Made by a program: the position numbers and the translations under genes
The notes under the pieces: model-generated
Database searches by the model: none
The model's input: only the letters and a program-made list of their open reading frames with translations
What the model was told of the DNA's origin: nothing
Assembly (NCBI GenBank): GCA_903824755.1
Contig: CAIJXW010000024.1
Coordinates: 228 to 64,227, forward strand
DNA length: 64,000 nt
Reading direction: 5' to 3'
Source of the DNA: an uncultured Bacteroidota bacterium
GTDB lineage: Bacteria; Bacteroidota; Bacteroidia; Flavobacteriales; Flavobacteriaceae
In this document: positions 9,530 to 19,388 of the stretch, one piece after another
How the letters are laid out: each line of letters begins with the position of its first letter
How positions within the stretch are numbered: position 1 is the stretch's first letter

Positions 9530-10576
9530 ATGAGAAAAAAGGTTACCCTAAAACAGATTGCAAAGGAATTAGATGTCTCTATTTCGACAGTCTCAAAAGC
9601 ACTAAAAAATAGTGCAGAAATCAGCGAAGATACCCGTCAAAAAGTACAAGCATTTGCTAAATTTTATAATTATAAACCAAATAATATTGCTTTAAGTTTA
9701 AAAAACAGAAAGTCGAAAACAATTTGCATTATTATTCCCGAAATAATTCATCATTTTTTTACTACAATAATAAGTGGTGTCGAACATGTTGCCAAAGAAA
9801 ACGGATATAATGTTCTAGTTTGTCTATCCGATGAATCATTTGACAAAGAAGTAATCAATATGGAGATGCTTGCCAATGGAAATATTGATGGATTTATTAT
9901 TTCTTTATCAAAAGAAACACAGCAAAAAAAAGACTTTCATCATATCTCGGAAGTTATAAATCAGGGAATGCCTGTGGTGATGTTTGACCGAATTACGAAT
10001 GATATTTTGTGTGACAAAGTGATTATAGACGATAGTCTAGCCGCCTTTAATGCCACCCAATTTCTAATTGATAGTGGATTTAGAAACATTGCAATACTAT
10101 CAACAATAGACTATGTAAGCGTAGGAAAACAAAGAACAAAAGGATATATTAAAGCATTAAAAAATAACGACATAGAAGTTGATGATGCGTTAATTTTGAA
10201 AATTGAAGACACTGAGAATTTTGAAAGTTCAGTAGAAGAATTACTAAAAAATAATACTGTTGATGCCATTTTTGCTGTCAATGAACTATTTGCTGTTACT
10301 GCAATAAAAATTGCTTCAAAACTCGGAAAAAAAGTACCAGAAGATTTATCTGTAATTGGATTTACAGATGGAATTATCTCTAAATATTCTTCACCAAGCA
10401 TTACAACCGTTCGGCAAAATGGAGAAAAAATGGGAGCCAAAGCAGCAAAAATGCTAATCGAAAGACTTGAAGCTGATGAAATAGAAAATGAAGATGGAGA
10501 AATCATCGAGCATTATAGCACCGAGGTTATAGAAACCGACCTCATCGAAAGAGAATCTACAAGAAAAAAAGTATAA
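9530..10576 (+). CDS. LacI-family transcriptional regulator (MalR-like)
   Basis: VTLKQIAKELDVSISTVSKAL HTH plus sugar-binding domain; ATG 9530 preferred over TTG 9458. Confidence 0.93.
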   Translation: MRKKVTLKQIAKELDVSISTVSKALKNSAEISEDTRQKVQAFAKFYNYKPNNIALSLKNRKSKTICIIIPEIIHHFFTTIISGVEHVAKENGYNVLVCLSDESFDKEVINMEMLANGNIDGFIISLSKETQQKKDFHHISEVINQGMPVVMFDRITNDILCDKVIIDDSLAAFNATQFLIDSGFRNIAILSTIDYVSVGKQRTKGYIKALKNNDIEVDDALILKIEDTENFESSVEELLKNNTVDAIFAVNELFAVTAIKIASKLGKKVPEDLSVIGFTDGIISKYSSPSITTVRQNGEKMGAKAAKMLIERLEADEIENEDGEIIEHYSTEVIETDLIERESTRKKV

Positions 10577-10624
10577 ATTTTCTTTGATTTATTTTTTGAT
10601 TAAAAAATTTATATCTTTACCGAG

Positions 10625-10712
10625 ATTATCAAGCTTATGCTTTTACTTCGAAAACAAAAATAAGTCTTGATAAGCATCGCGCTTATCGTTTTAAATTATT
10701 AAAATACGATAA
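10625..10712 (+). promoter_or_regulatory. Structured 5' leader with mutually exclusive hairpins and uORF MLLLRKQK* (10637-10663)
   Basis: Stems 10626-38/10660-73, 10669-75/10681-87 and 10683-94/10699-712; TATCTTTA -7-like box at 10612-10619. Confidence 0.55.
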
Positions 10713-12067
10713 TGGAAAAGCGAAAATTAAATTTCTGGCAAATCTGGAACATGAGTTTTGGGTTTCTAGGAATACAATTTGGTTTTGCACTACAAGGGGG
10801 ATTCATGTCACGAATTTTTCAAACTTTAGGAGCAGAAAAAGAGGCAATCCCTTTACTTTGGGTTGCAGCCCCACTCACAGGTTTAATTGTTCAACCAATT
10901 ATTGGCTATTTATCCGATAACACTTGGCACCCAAAATTCGGTAGAAGAAAACCGTACTTTCTAATTGGTGCTATTTTGAGTTCGTTAGCTCTATTCTTGG
11001 TTCCAAATTCCCCTACTCTTTGGGTTGCTAGTGGATTATTGTGGGTTTTAGATGCCTCCATTAATATAAGTATGGAACCCTTTCGCGCACTTGTTGCCGA
11101 CAAACTTCCAAATTCTCAAAGGTCTTATGGCTTTGTTATGCAAACGCTAATCATAGGGATTGGAACTTGGATAGCCAGTAATTTGCCTTGGATCGTGAAT
11201 CAATTTGGTGTTTCTAACGAAGCTGCTGCTGGCGTATTACCAATGTCGGTAAAAGTGGCATTTGCGATTGGTGCCTTTATCTTTATTACGAGTATTTTAT
11301 TTACGATTTTAACGACCAAAGAATACCCCCCCGAAGACATTCACCTATTTGAAGAAGAAAAAAAACAGGCCAGCTTTTTTAAAGATATTGTTTTTAGCCT
11401 AAAAGAAATGCCTTCCACAATGAAAAAACTGGGCCTTGTTCAGTTTTTTAGCTGGTTTGCTTTTTTTACTATGTGGAGCATGGCGACTCCTGCATTAACA
11501 GAACACGTTTTTAAAGCACCCGCCCCGATAGAAAAAAACTATGACTTTTCTAACGAAAACCAAAGTGCAGCATTCAATATTGAAAATACAAAGTATCAAG
11601 ATGCAGCAAATTTAGTAGGATCATCAATGGGTATTTATGGATTATCATCGATGGCCTTTGCTTTGCTTTTAACGTTTTATACGGCAAAAAACAAAATCAA
11701 CAGAAAGTATATTCATTTGATATCATTGGCTCTAGGAGGAATTGGGTTTATCATGATGATAAATGCAACTCCAGAGACTTTGTTGTATTCTTTTATTCTG
11801 ATTGGTATTTCTTGGGGTAGTATTTTGTCAATGCCATATGCCATGCTATCTAGCTCGGTAGATCCAAAAAAAATGGGGACAATGATGGGATTATTCAACA
11901 TGTTTATCGTGATTCCTCAAATTATTGCTGCTTTGGGCGGAATCAATTTTCTGTACAAACTAATTGGGAACGAGGCTATATATTCGATGACTTTGGCAGG
12001 GATTTCATTATTATTAGCCGGGATTTGTACGTTATTAATAACCGATAAAAATGCAATATCAGACTAA
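10712..12067 (+). CDS. MFS maltose/maltodextrin transporter (MalT/SLC45-like)
   Basis: WNMSFGFLGIQFGFALQ, GRRKPYFLIGA, DASINISMEPFRALVAD; multiple TM segments. Confidence 0.9.
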   Translation: MEKRKLNFWQIWNMSFGFLGIQFGFALQGGFMSRIFQTLGAEKEAIPLLWVAAPLTGLIVQPIIGYLSDNTWHPKFGRRKPYFLIGAILSSLALFLVPNSPTLWVASGLLWVLDASINISMEPFRALVADKLPNSQRSYGFVMQTLIIGIGTWIASNLPWIVNQFGVSNEAAAGVLPMSVKVAFAIGAFIFITSILFTILTTKEYPPEDIHLFEEEKKQASFFKDIVFSLKEMPSTMKKLGLVQFFSWFAFFTMWSMATPALTEHVFKAPAPIEKNYDFSNENQSAAFNIENTKYQDAANLVGSSMGIYGLSSMAFALLLTFYTAKNKINRKYIHLISLALGGIGFIMMINATPETLLYSFILIGISWGSILSMPYAMLSSSVDPKKMGTMMGLFNMFIVIPQIIAALGGINFLYKLIGNEAIYSMTLAGISLLLAGICTLLITDKNAISD

Positions 12068-12072
12068 TAAAT

Positions 12073-12732
12073 ATGAACATAAAAGCATTTATATTCGACT
12101 TAGATGGCGTAATTGTTGACACGGCTAAATATCATTTTATAGCTTGGAAAAAAATTGCCGAACAACTAGGTATCGAATTTACACATCAGCATAATGAACA
12201 GCTAAAGGGGGTTAGTCGTGTGCAATCTCTGGAATTAATTTTAAAATTAGGAAATTTAAAGGCTACTCAAGAAGACAAAAACAAGTGGTTAATTCAAAAA
12301 AATGAAATTTATTTATCCTATTTAGTTACCATTGATCAACAGGAATTATTACCCGGGACTTTGTCTCTATTAAATTATTTGAAAGAAAACAAACAAAAAA
12401 TCGCATTAGGTTCGGCAAGTAAAAATGCGAGGCCAATCCTAGAAAAAACAGACATTTTGCATTATTTTGACGCTATTGTTGACGGAAATGATGTAACAAA
12501 TGCAAAACCAGATCCCGAAGTTTTTTTGGAAGCGTCAAAAAAATTAGGGATTAGCAATGAAAATTCAATTGTATTTGAAGATTCTCTTGCAGGAATTCAA
12601 GCGGCCAATACTGCAAAAATGACAAGTATTGGAATCGGTGATAAACTAATATTAAAAGAAGCCCACTATGTTTTTGAAGATTTTACTCAAATAAAAAGGG
12701 ACTTTATAGAAATTTTAATAAATAAAAATTAA
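12073..12732 (+). CDS. pgmB: Beta-phosphoglucomutase
   Basis: HAD motif FDLDGVIVDTAKYHF, SASKNA, KPDPEVF, FEDS. Confidence 0.93.
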   Translation: MNIKAFIFDLDGVIVDTAKYHFIAWKKIAEQLGIEFTHQHNEQLKGVSRVQSLELILKLGNLKATQEDKNKWLIQKNEIYLSYLVTIDQQELLPGTLSLLNYLKENKQKIALGSASKNARPILEKTDILHYFDAIVDGNDVTNAKPDPEVFLEASKKLGISNENSIVFEDSLAGIQAANTAKMTSIGIGDKLILKEAHYVFEDFTQIKRDFIEILINKN

Positions 12733-12807
12733 AAAATAGAGCGTTAATATTGAGTAAGAATCAATGTAATTAACATTCTTAATTTTTTTAAATTATAAAT
12801 AATAAAA

Positions 12808-15111
12808 ATGAATCAAGATTATATCAAGCCAAACAATTGGTCAATCATTGAGGAAGGATTTGACAGAGAAAGAGTAAAATCGTCCGAAAGCCTTTTCAGT
12901 ATTGGGAATGGCGCTATGGGACAACGAGCAAATTTTGAAGAAAACTACTCTGGAGAAACATTTCAGGGGAGCTATATTGCAGGGATTTATTATCCTGATA
13001 AAACCAAAGTAGGCTGGTGGAAAAATGGATATCCAGAATATTTTGCGAAAGTATTAAATGCTCCCAATTGGATTGGAATTGACATCGAAATAAATGGCGA
13101 AACATTAGATTTGAACACCTGCAAAAAGGTGTCAAAATTTGGTCGGGAGCTAAATATGAAAGAAGGTTGGTATCGCCGTTATTTTGAAGCTACTTTGCAA
13201 AACGAAACCGAAATATCTGTAAATATTGTTCGGTTTTTGTGTTTGGGTATAGATGAATTGGGCGTTATAAATTATGATGTGACGCCTTTAAACAAAAAAG
13301 CAAAAATAGTATTCAAACCCTATCTTGATGCTGGAGTAACAAACGAAGATGCCAACTGGGAAGAAAAATTCTGGGAGCCGCTTGCTATTAAAAATACAAA
13401 AAATGCAGCTTTCGTTACTGCTCAAACATATAAAACACATTTTATTGCAACTACATTTATGCAGAATTTGGTTTTTATAAATGATAAAAATCAAAATGAA
13501 AGCCCTTCCAATGTTAGTTCAGATAATGAAAAAATTCAGTTTGAATATGAATTAAATGTGCTTCAAAATCAAAAATGCACCCTTCAAAAATTTGGTGGTT
13601 ATACCGTTTCCACAAATCATAAAAACACTCCAATTGCTGCTGAAAAAGTCTTGGAAAAAGCAATAGAATTAGGCTATAACAAATTATTGGAAAACCAAAT
13701 TCAGGCGTGGGCAAAAATATGGGAAATGTCCGATATTACAATTGATGGTGATATAAAAGCACAACAGGGAATTCGGTTCAATATTTTTCAATTAAATCAA
13801 ACCTATTTAGGAAAAGATTCACGACTCAATATTGGCCCAAAAGGATTTACAGGCGAGAAATATGGTGGCTCAACCTATTGGGACACAGAGGCCTATTGCA
13901 TACCGTTTTATATGGCTACCAAAGATCAAAATGTAGCACGAAATCTATTAACTTACCGTTACAATCAATTGGACAAAGCCATAGAAAATGCAACAAAACT
14001 AGGCTTTTCGAATGGTGCTGCTTTATATCCAATGGTGACAATGAATGGAGAAGAATGTCATAATGAATGGGAAATTACATTTGAAGAAATTCATAGAAAT
14101 GGTGCTATCGCATTTGCCATTTATAATTACCATCGATTCACAGGAGATTACTCCTATATTCCAGAAAAGGGGTTGGAAGTCCTCATCGGTATAGCTCGTT
14201 TTTGGTATCAAAGGGCTACTTTTTCTTCCAATAAAAATCAGTATATGATTCTTGGCGTTACAGGCCCTAATGAATATGAAAATAACGTAAATAATAATTT
14301 TTATACAAATTATATTGCAAAATGGTGTTTGGAATATACCTATAATCAAATCCAAAAAGTGGCTCTAGAATATCCGTCTGACCACAAGCGAATTTCAGAA
14401 AAGGTAAAAATATCAGATTTAGAATTGCAATCTTGGAAAAAGGTTTCACAGAATATGTATTTTCCCTATTCAAAAGAGTTCGATGTTTTTCTTCAACAAG
14501 ATGGATTTTTGGATAAAGAATTGGTGAAAGTTGCTGATTTAGACAAAACCCAAAGACCTATAAATCAGAAATGGTCTTGGGATAGAATTTTGCGTTCGCC
14601 CTATATAAAACAAGCTGATGTTTTGCAATGTTTCTATTTTTTTGAAGATCATTTCTCTAAAGACGAATTAAAAAGGAATTTCGAATTTTATGAAGCGTTT
14701 ACCGTCCATGAAAGCTCACTTTCTCCCTGCGTACACTCTATTCAAGCTGCGGTTTTAAACAAAATAGATATGGCCTATGAGTTCTATTTAAGAACTTCTA
14801 GATTGGATTTGGACGACTACAACAAAGAGGTGGAAGAAGGGTGTCACATTACATCAATGGCCGGAACATGGATGAGTATCGTGGAAGGTTTTGGCGGTAT
14901 GCGGATAAAAAATGAAATATTACATTTTGCTCCAAAAATCCCAAAACAATGGAACGGGTATTCTTTTAAAATAAATTTCAGAAATCAAATATTGAAAGTC
15001 GTTATTAATCATGACGAAACAAATTTCTTCCTAGAAGGCGAAAAAGCGATTACAATTTTTGTAAATGAAAAATGCGTTTTGGTGGAACCAAATAGTTTAA
15101 TTTCAATTTAA
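12808..15111 (+). CDS. GH65 maltose phosphorylase
   Basis: SESLFSIGNG, GPKGFTGEKYGGSTYWDTE, GPNEYE, KQADV, HESSLS; next to pgmB. Confidence 0.93.
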   Translation: MNQDYIKPNNWSIIEEGFDRERVKSSESLFSIGNGAMGQRANFEENYSGETFQGSYIAGIYYPDKTKVGWWKNGYPEYFAKVLNAPNWIGIDIEINGETLDLNTCKKVSKFGRELNMKEGWYRRYFEATLQNETEISVNIVRFLCLGIDELGVINYDVTPLNKKAKIVFKPYLDAGVTNEDANWEEKFWEPLAIKNTKNAAFVTAQTYKTHFIATTFMQNLVFINDKNQNESPSNVSSDNEKIQFEYELNVLQNQKCTLQKFGGYTVSTNHKNTPIAAEKVLEKAIELGYNKLLENQIQAWAKIWEMSDITIDGDIKAQQGIRFNIFQLNQTYLGKDSRLNIGPKGFTGEKYGGSTYWDTEAYCIPFYMATKDQNVARNLLTYRYNQLDKAIENATKLGFSNGAALYPMVTMNGEECHNEWEITFEEIHRNGAIAFAIYNYHRFTGDYSYIPEKGLEVLIGIARFWYQRATFSSNKNQYMILGVTGPNEYENNVNNNFYTNYIAKWCLEYTYNQIQKVALEYPSDHKRISEKVKISDLELQSWKKVSQNMYFPYSKEFDVFLQQDGFLDKELVKVADLDKTQRPINQKWSWDRILRSPYIKQADVLQCFYFFEDHFSKDELKRNFEFYEAFTVHESSLSPCVHSIQAAVLNKIDMAYEFYLRTSRLDLDDYNKEVEEGCHITSMAGTWMSIVEGFGGMRIKNEILHFAPKIPKQWNGYSFKINFRNQILKVVINHDETNFFLEGEKAITIFVNEKCVLVEPNSLISI

Positions 15112-15159
15112 TACTAATGCCTTTATCTAATAAATAGAGGATTATCTAATCAAATAAAC

Positions 15160-16992
15160 ATGAAAAAAATAATCTTTTTTTTACTTTTAAATAGTACTGT
15201 TTATGGTCAAGTCGAGAAAACAGAACCTCCATTTTGGTATGCTGGAATGCATAATCCCGAACTCCAAATCATGTTCTATGGGAAAAATATTGCTGCAAAT
15301 GATGTTTCGGTTTCTAATAATATCGTAATTAAAAACATTCGAAAAACAGAAAACCCAAATTATTTGTTTGTCACAATTGACACAAAAAATTGTCCAAATC
15401 AAGATTTTGTATTTTCATTTTCAAAAAATAAAAAAGTCAGTTTTACAAAAAAATATACTTTAAAGAAACGCAAAGAAAATGCTGCATTTCGCAAAAGTTT
15501 TGATGCATCAGATATGGTTTATTTGATAATGTCCGACCGATTTGCAAATGGAAATCCAAATAATGATAGCGATAAATCGGTTACCGAAAAATCCGACAGA
15601 GCTAATCCTGGCGGTCGTCACGGTGGGGATATTGCGGGAATGATAAAGAATTTAGATTATCTCAAAGCCCTTGGAGCAACTACGCTATGGCCAACTCCAT
15701 TGTGCGAAGATAATGACAAAACCTATTCTTATCATACCTACGGACAATCAGATGTTTATAGAATCGATCCTCGATTTGGAACCAACGAAGAGTATTTGAA
15801 TTTGTCGTCTGAATTGCACAAACGCGGCATGAAATTAATCATGGATTATGTCACAAATCATTGGGGAGCAGAGCATTGGATGATAAAAGATTTGCCAACA
15901 TATGATTGGGTTCATCAATTTCCAGGCTATTCTCAATCCAATTATAGAATGACCACTCAATATGACATAAATGCTTCCGAAATTGACACAAAAAATTGTG
16001 TTGACGGATGGTTTGTTCCATCAATGCCCGATTTGAATCAATCAAATCCATTGGTGCTGAATTACTTAAAGCAAAATGCGATTTGGTGGATAGAATACGC
16101 AGATTTAGACGGATTTCGAGTAGATACTTACTCCTATAATGACAAAACAGCTATTGCAGATTGGACAAAATCTATAACAAATGAATATCCTTATTTTAAT
16201 ATTGTAGGAGAAGTTTGGATGCACGACCAGGCACAAATCTCTTATTGGCAAAAAGACAGCCCAATAGCTAGTATTCAGAGCTATAACTCCAATTTACCGA
16301 GTGTAATGGATTTTACTTTGCACGATGCTATTGGGAATGTTTTTAATGAAGATAATGCAAATTGGGGTGATGGAATGATAAAAGTGTATGACAATTTTGT
16401 TAATGATTTTTTATATAAAAATCCTAACAACATGATGACTTTTGTTGAAAATCACGACACAAATAGATTCAACCAGAACTATAAAAATGATTTCCAAAAA
16501 TATAAAATGGCAATGGCTTTAATTGCTACAATTCGGGGAATTCCGCAGTTGTATTATGGTTCAGAAATTGCAATGAATGGCGACAAAGGGAAGGGTGATG
16601 CCGACATCAGAAAAGATTTTCCTGGAGGTTGGAATGGTGATGAAAACAATGCTTTTGTTGCATCAGGGAGAACAGCAGAGCAAAGTAGGTTTTTTGATTT
16701 TACATCAAAATTATTCACTTGGAGAAAAACAAATGAGGCTATACATTATGGAAAAATGAAACATTATCTGCCTGAAAATAATGTGTATACTTATTTTAGA
16801 TATACTGATAACAAATCGGTTATGGTGATAATAAACAACAGTGCGTCCACCCAAACCATAAAAACAAATAGGTTTTCGGAAAGTATAAAGAACTATAAAA
16901 CGGGAACCGATATTTTATCTGGAACAGAAATAAATCTGCAATCCGAAATTATATTAGATGCTAAATCAGTATTAATATTAGAATTAAAATAA
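15160..16992 (+). CDS. GH13 cyclomaltodextrinase/neopullulanase (SusA-like)
   Basis: EPPFWY N-domain, DRFANG, HGGDIAG, DGFRVDT, GEVW, ENHD. Confidence 0.9.
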   Translation: MKKIIFFLLLNSTVYGQVEKTEPPFWYAGMHNPELQIMFYGKNIAANDVSVSNNIVIKNIRKTENPNYLFVTIDTKNCPNQDFVFSFSKNKKVSFTKKYTLKKRKENAAFRKSFDASDMVYLIMSDRFANGNPNNDSDKSVTEKSDRANPGGRHGGDIAGMIKNLDYLKALGATTLWPTPLCEDNDKTYSYHTYGQSDVYRIDPRFGTNEEYLNLSSELHKRGMKLIMDYVTNHWGAEHWMIKDLPTYDWVHQFPGYSQSNYRMTTQYDINASEIDTKNCVDGWFVPSMPDLNQSNPLVLNYLKQNAIWWIEYADLDGFRVDTYSYNDKTAIADWTKSITNEYPYFNIVGEVWMHDQAQISYWQKDSPIASIQSYNSNLPSVMDFTLHDAIGNVFNEDNANWGDGMIKVYDNFVNDFLYKNPNNMMTFVENHDTNRFNQNYKNDFQKYKMAMALIATIRGIPQLYYGSEIAMNGDKGKGDADIRKDFPGGWNGDENNAFVASGRTAEQSRFFDFTSKLFTWRKTNEAIHYGKMKHYLPENNVYTYFRYTDNKSVMVIINNSASTQTIKTNRFSESIKNYKTGTDILSGTEINLQSEIILDAKSVLILELK

Positions 16993-16999
16993 AGCTACT

Positions 17000-19366
17000 T
17001 TGAAAAAAATTCTATTACTATTTGTTGTCACGTTTTCATTTGCTCAAAATTCAAATAGAAAATTTGATAGTTTCAAGAAGACAAATAATTCATTCGAAAT
17101 TAAAACTTCTGATGGGCTATATATCATTAGCTTTTATTCTGAAAAAATTTCAGAAACCACCTTTATCCCTAATGGAGAAACATATAATCCAAATTCTCAT
17201 GCGGTAGTTATTGCTCAAAAAAATACAATTTCAAAAGTGGCAGAAAAAGAAAATGTAATTTTGGTTTCTACTAAAAAAATTCAAATTCAAATTCAAAAAT
17301 CACCATTTCAAATTTCCTATTTCAATGAACAAAATTTATTGCTTTCAGAAAAAAATGGGTATTCAAAAATAGATTCTACCGAAATTTTGGATTTCAATAT
17401 AACGAGTGATGAAGTTTTATATGGCGGAGGGGCTAGAGCCATAGGAATGAACCGCCGTGGAAGCCGCCTAAACTTATATAATAAAGCGAATTATGGCTAT
17501 GGAAATCAATCGGAAACGATGAATTTCTGTATTCCTTTGGTGCTTTCTTCAAAAATATATGCGGTTCATTTTGACAATTCTGCAATTGGATATTTAGATT
17601 TGGATAGCCAAAAAAACAATACCTTGGCCTATGAAACAATCTCGGGCAGAAAAACATACCAAGTTATAATTGGTGATTCTTGGCTTGATTTGATTGATAA
17701 TTATACGTCATTAACAGGAAAACAACCCTTATCAGCAAGATGGACTTTAGGGAACTTCTCGAGCAGATTTGGCTATCACACACAAGAGCAAGTCGAAAAA
17801 ACGATCGAAAAATACCAGTCAGACAAAATTCCTGTGGACGCAATAATTCTTGATTTATATTGGTTTGGAAAAACGATTCAAGGAACAATGGGAAATTTGG
17901 ATTGGGACAAAGATAATTTTCCGTCACCTACAAAAATGATTGCCGATCTGAAAGACAAAGGAATAAAAACAGTTCTCATTACAGAACCGTTTGTTTTGAC
18001 CACTTCTAATCGGTGGAAAGAAGCCACAGAGAAAAAAATAGTAGCAGTAGATAAAATTGGAAACCCTGGAACTTTCGATTTTTATTTTGGAAATACTGGA
18101 ATAATCGATGTGTTTAAGCCTGAGGGAAAATTATGGTTTTGGTCTATTTATAAAAATCTAATTCAACAAGGCATTAGTGGCTGGTGGGGGGATTTAGGCG
18201 AACCTGAAGTGCTTCCTAAAACTGTTTTTCTTGGCGGAAATAAAGCAGATGTAGTTCATAATATTTACGGACATGTTTGGGCAAAAACCATTTTTGAGGG
18301 ATACAAAAAAGATTTTTCTAGTCAACGACCATTTATTTTGATGCGTGCTGGATATTCTGGATCACAACATTATGGCATGATTCCATGGTCGGGCGATGTG
18401 AGTCGCACATGGGGTGGGTTACAATCGCAGCCTGAAATTGCACTTCAAATGGGAATGCAAGGACTCGGCTATATACACTCGGATTTGGGTGGGTTTGGAG
18501 GAGATTTATATGATAATGAGCTTTATATTAGATGGTTGCAATATGGCGTTTTTCAACCTATTTTTAGGCCACATGCACAAGAAGAAATTGCTTCAGAACC
18601 CGTTTTTAAAGATATTATTACAAAAGAAAAGGCCAAAAAACAAGTAGAATTGAGGTATCAAATGTTGCCTTATAATTATACGTTAGCATTTGATAACAAT
18701 CAAAAAGGAACGCCATTGATGCGGCCTTTGTTTTTTGAAGATTCCAAAAATTTATCACTTTTAAATTCTTGTGATTCTTATTTGTGGGGTAATAATTTTT
18801 TGGTAAAACCAATAACAACCGCAGGGACAAAAGCTACTGAAGTCTATTTTCCCAATAATAATTCCTGGTTTGATTTCTATTCTGATACCAAATATAGGGC
18901 TGGTACAACAGAAAATATTGAGGTAAAAATCGATAATATTCCTGTTTTTGTTCGTGGTGGCGCTTTTATTCCTTTGATAAAAACAATTCAAAACACAACA
19001 CAATATTCCATTTCTAATTTTGATTTACATTATTATTTTGATGAAAAAACACCTATCAGTAATGGAAAATTATATAATGATGATGGCCTAACTGCAAACG
19101 CGTATGAAAATGAAGCGTATGAAATACTGAATTTTCAGGGTCAGGCAAAGGCCAATAAACTAACTATTAGATGTAGCACTGAAGTAGGAAAAAATTATAC
19201 TTCGACCGATAAAAACTGTAATCTTATTGTTCACGGATTTCCATTTTATGTAAAAAAAGTAACTATAAATGGGGAAAAAATTGAATTTAAGGTTAACGAT
19301 AAAACAATTGAGATTGCCATAACTTTGAAAAAAACAAATCCAGACACGATTGAAATAGAATATTAA
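17000..19366 (+). CDS. GH31 alpha-glucosidase/transglucosylase
   Basis: ILDLYWFG, GWWGDLGEPE, WSGDV, SDLGGF, FQPIFRPH; TTG start with signal peptide. Confidence 0.9.
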   Translation: MKKILLLFVVTFSFAQNSNRKFDSFKKTNNSFEIKTSDGLYIISFYSEKISETTFIPNGETYNPNSHAVVIAQKNTISKVAEKENVILVSTKKIQIQIQKSPFQISYFNEQNLLLSEKNGYSKIDSTEILDFNITSDEVLYGGGARAIGMNRRGSRLNLYNKANYGYGNQSETMNFCIPLVLSSKIYAVHFDNSAIGYLDLDSQKNNTLAYETISGRKTYQVIIGDSWLDLIDNYTSLTGKQPLSARWTLGNFSSRFGYHTQEQVEKTIEKYQSDKIPVDAIILDLYWFGKTIQGTMGNLDWDKDNFPSPTKMIADLKDKGIKTVLITEPFVLTTSNRWKEATEKKIVAVDKIGNPGTFDFYFGNTGIIDVFKPEGKLWFWSIYKNLIQQGISGWWGDLGEPEVLPKTVFLGGNKADVVHNIYGHVWAKTIFEGYKKDFSSQRPFILMRAGYSGSQHYGMIPWSGDVSRTWGGLQSQPEIALQMGMQGLGYIHSDLGGFGGDLYDNELYIRWLQYGVFQPIFRPHAQEEIASEPVFKDIITKEKAKKQVELRYQMLPYNYTLAFDNNQKGTPLMRPLFFEDSKNLSLLNSCDSYLWGNNFLVKPITTAGTKATEVYFPNNNSWFDFYSDTKYRAGTTENIEVKIDNIPVFVRGGAFIPLIKTIQNTTQYSISNFDLHYYFDEKTPISNGKLYNDDGLTANAYENEAYEILNFQGQAKANKLTIRCSTEVGKNYTSTDKNCNLIVHGFPFYVKKVTINGEKIEFKVNDKTIEIAITLKKTNPDTIEIEY

Positions 19367-19388
19367 TAATAACAAAAAATTTAAAATA

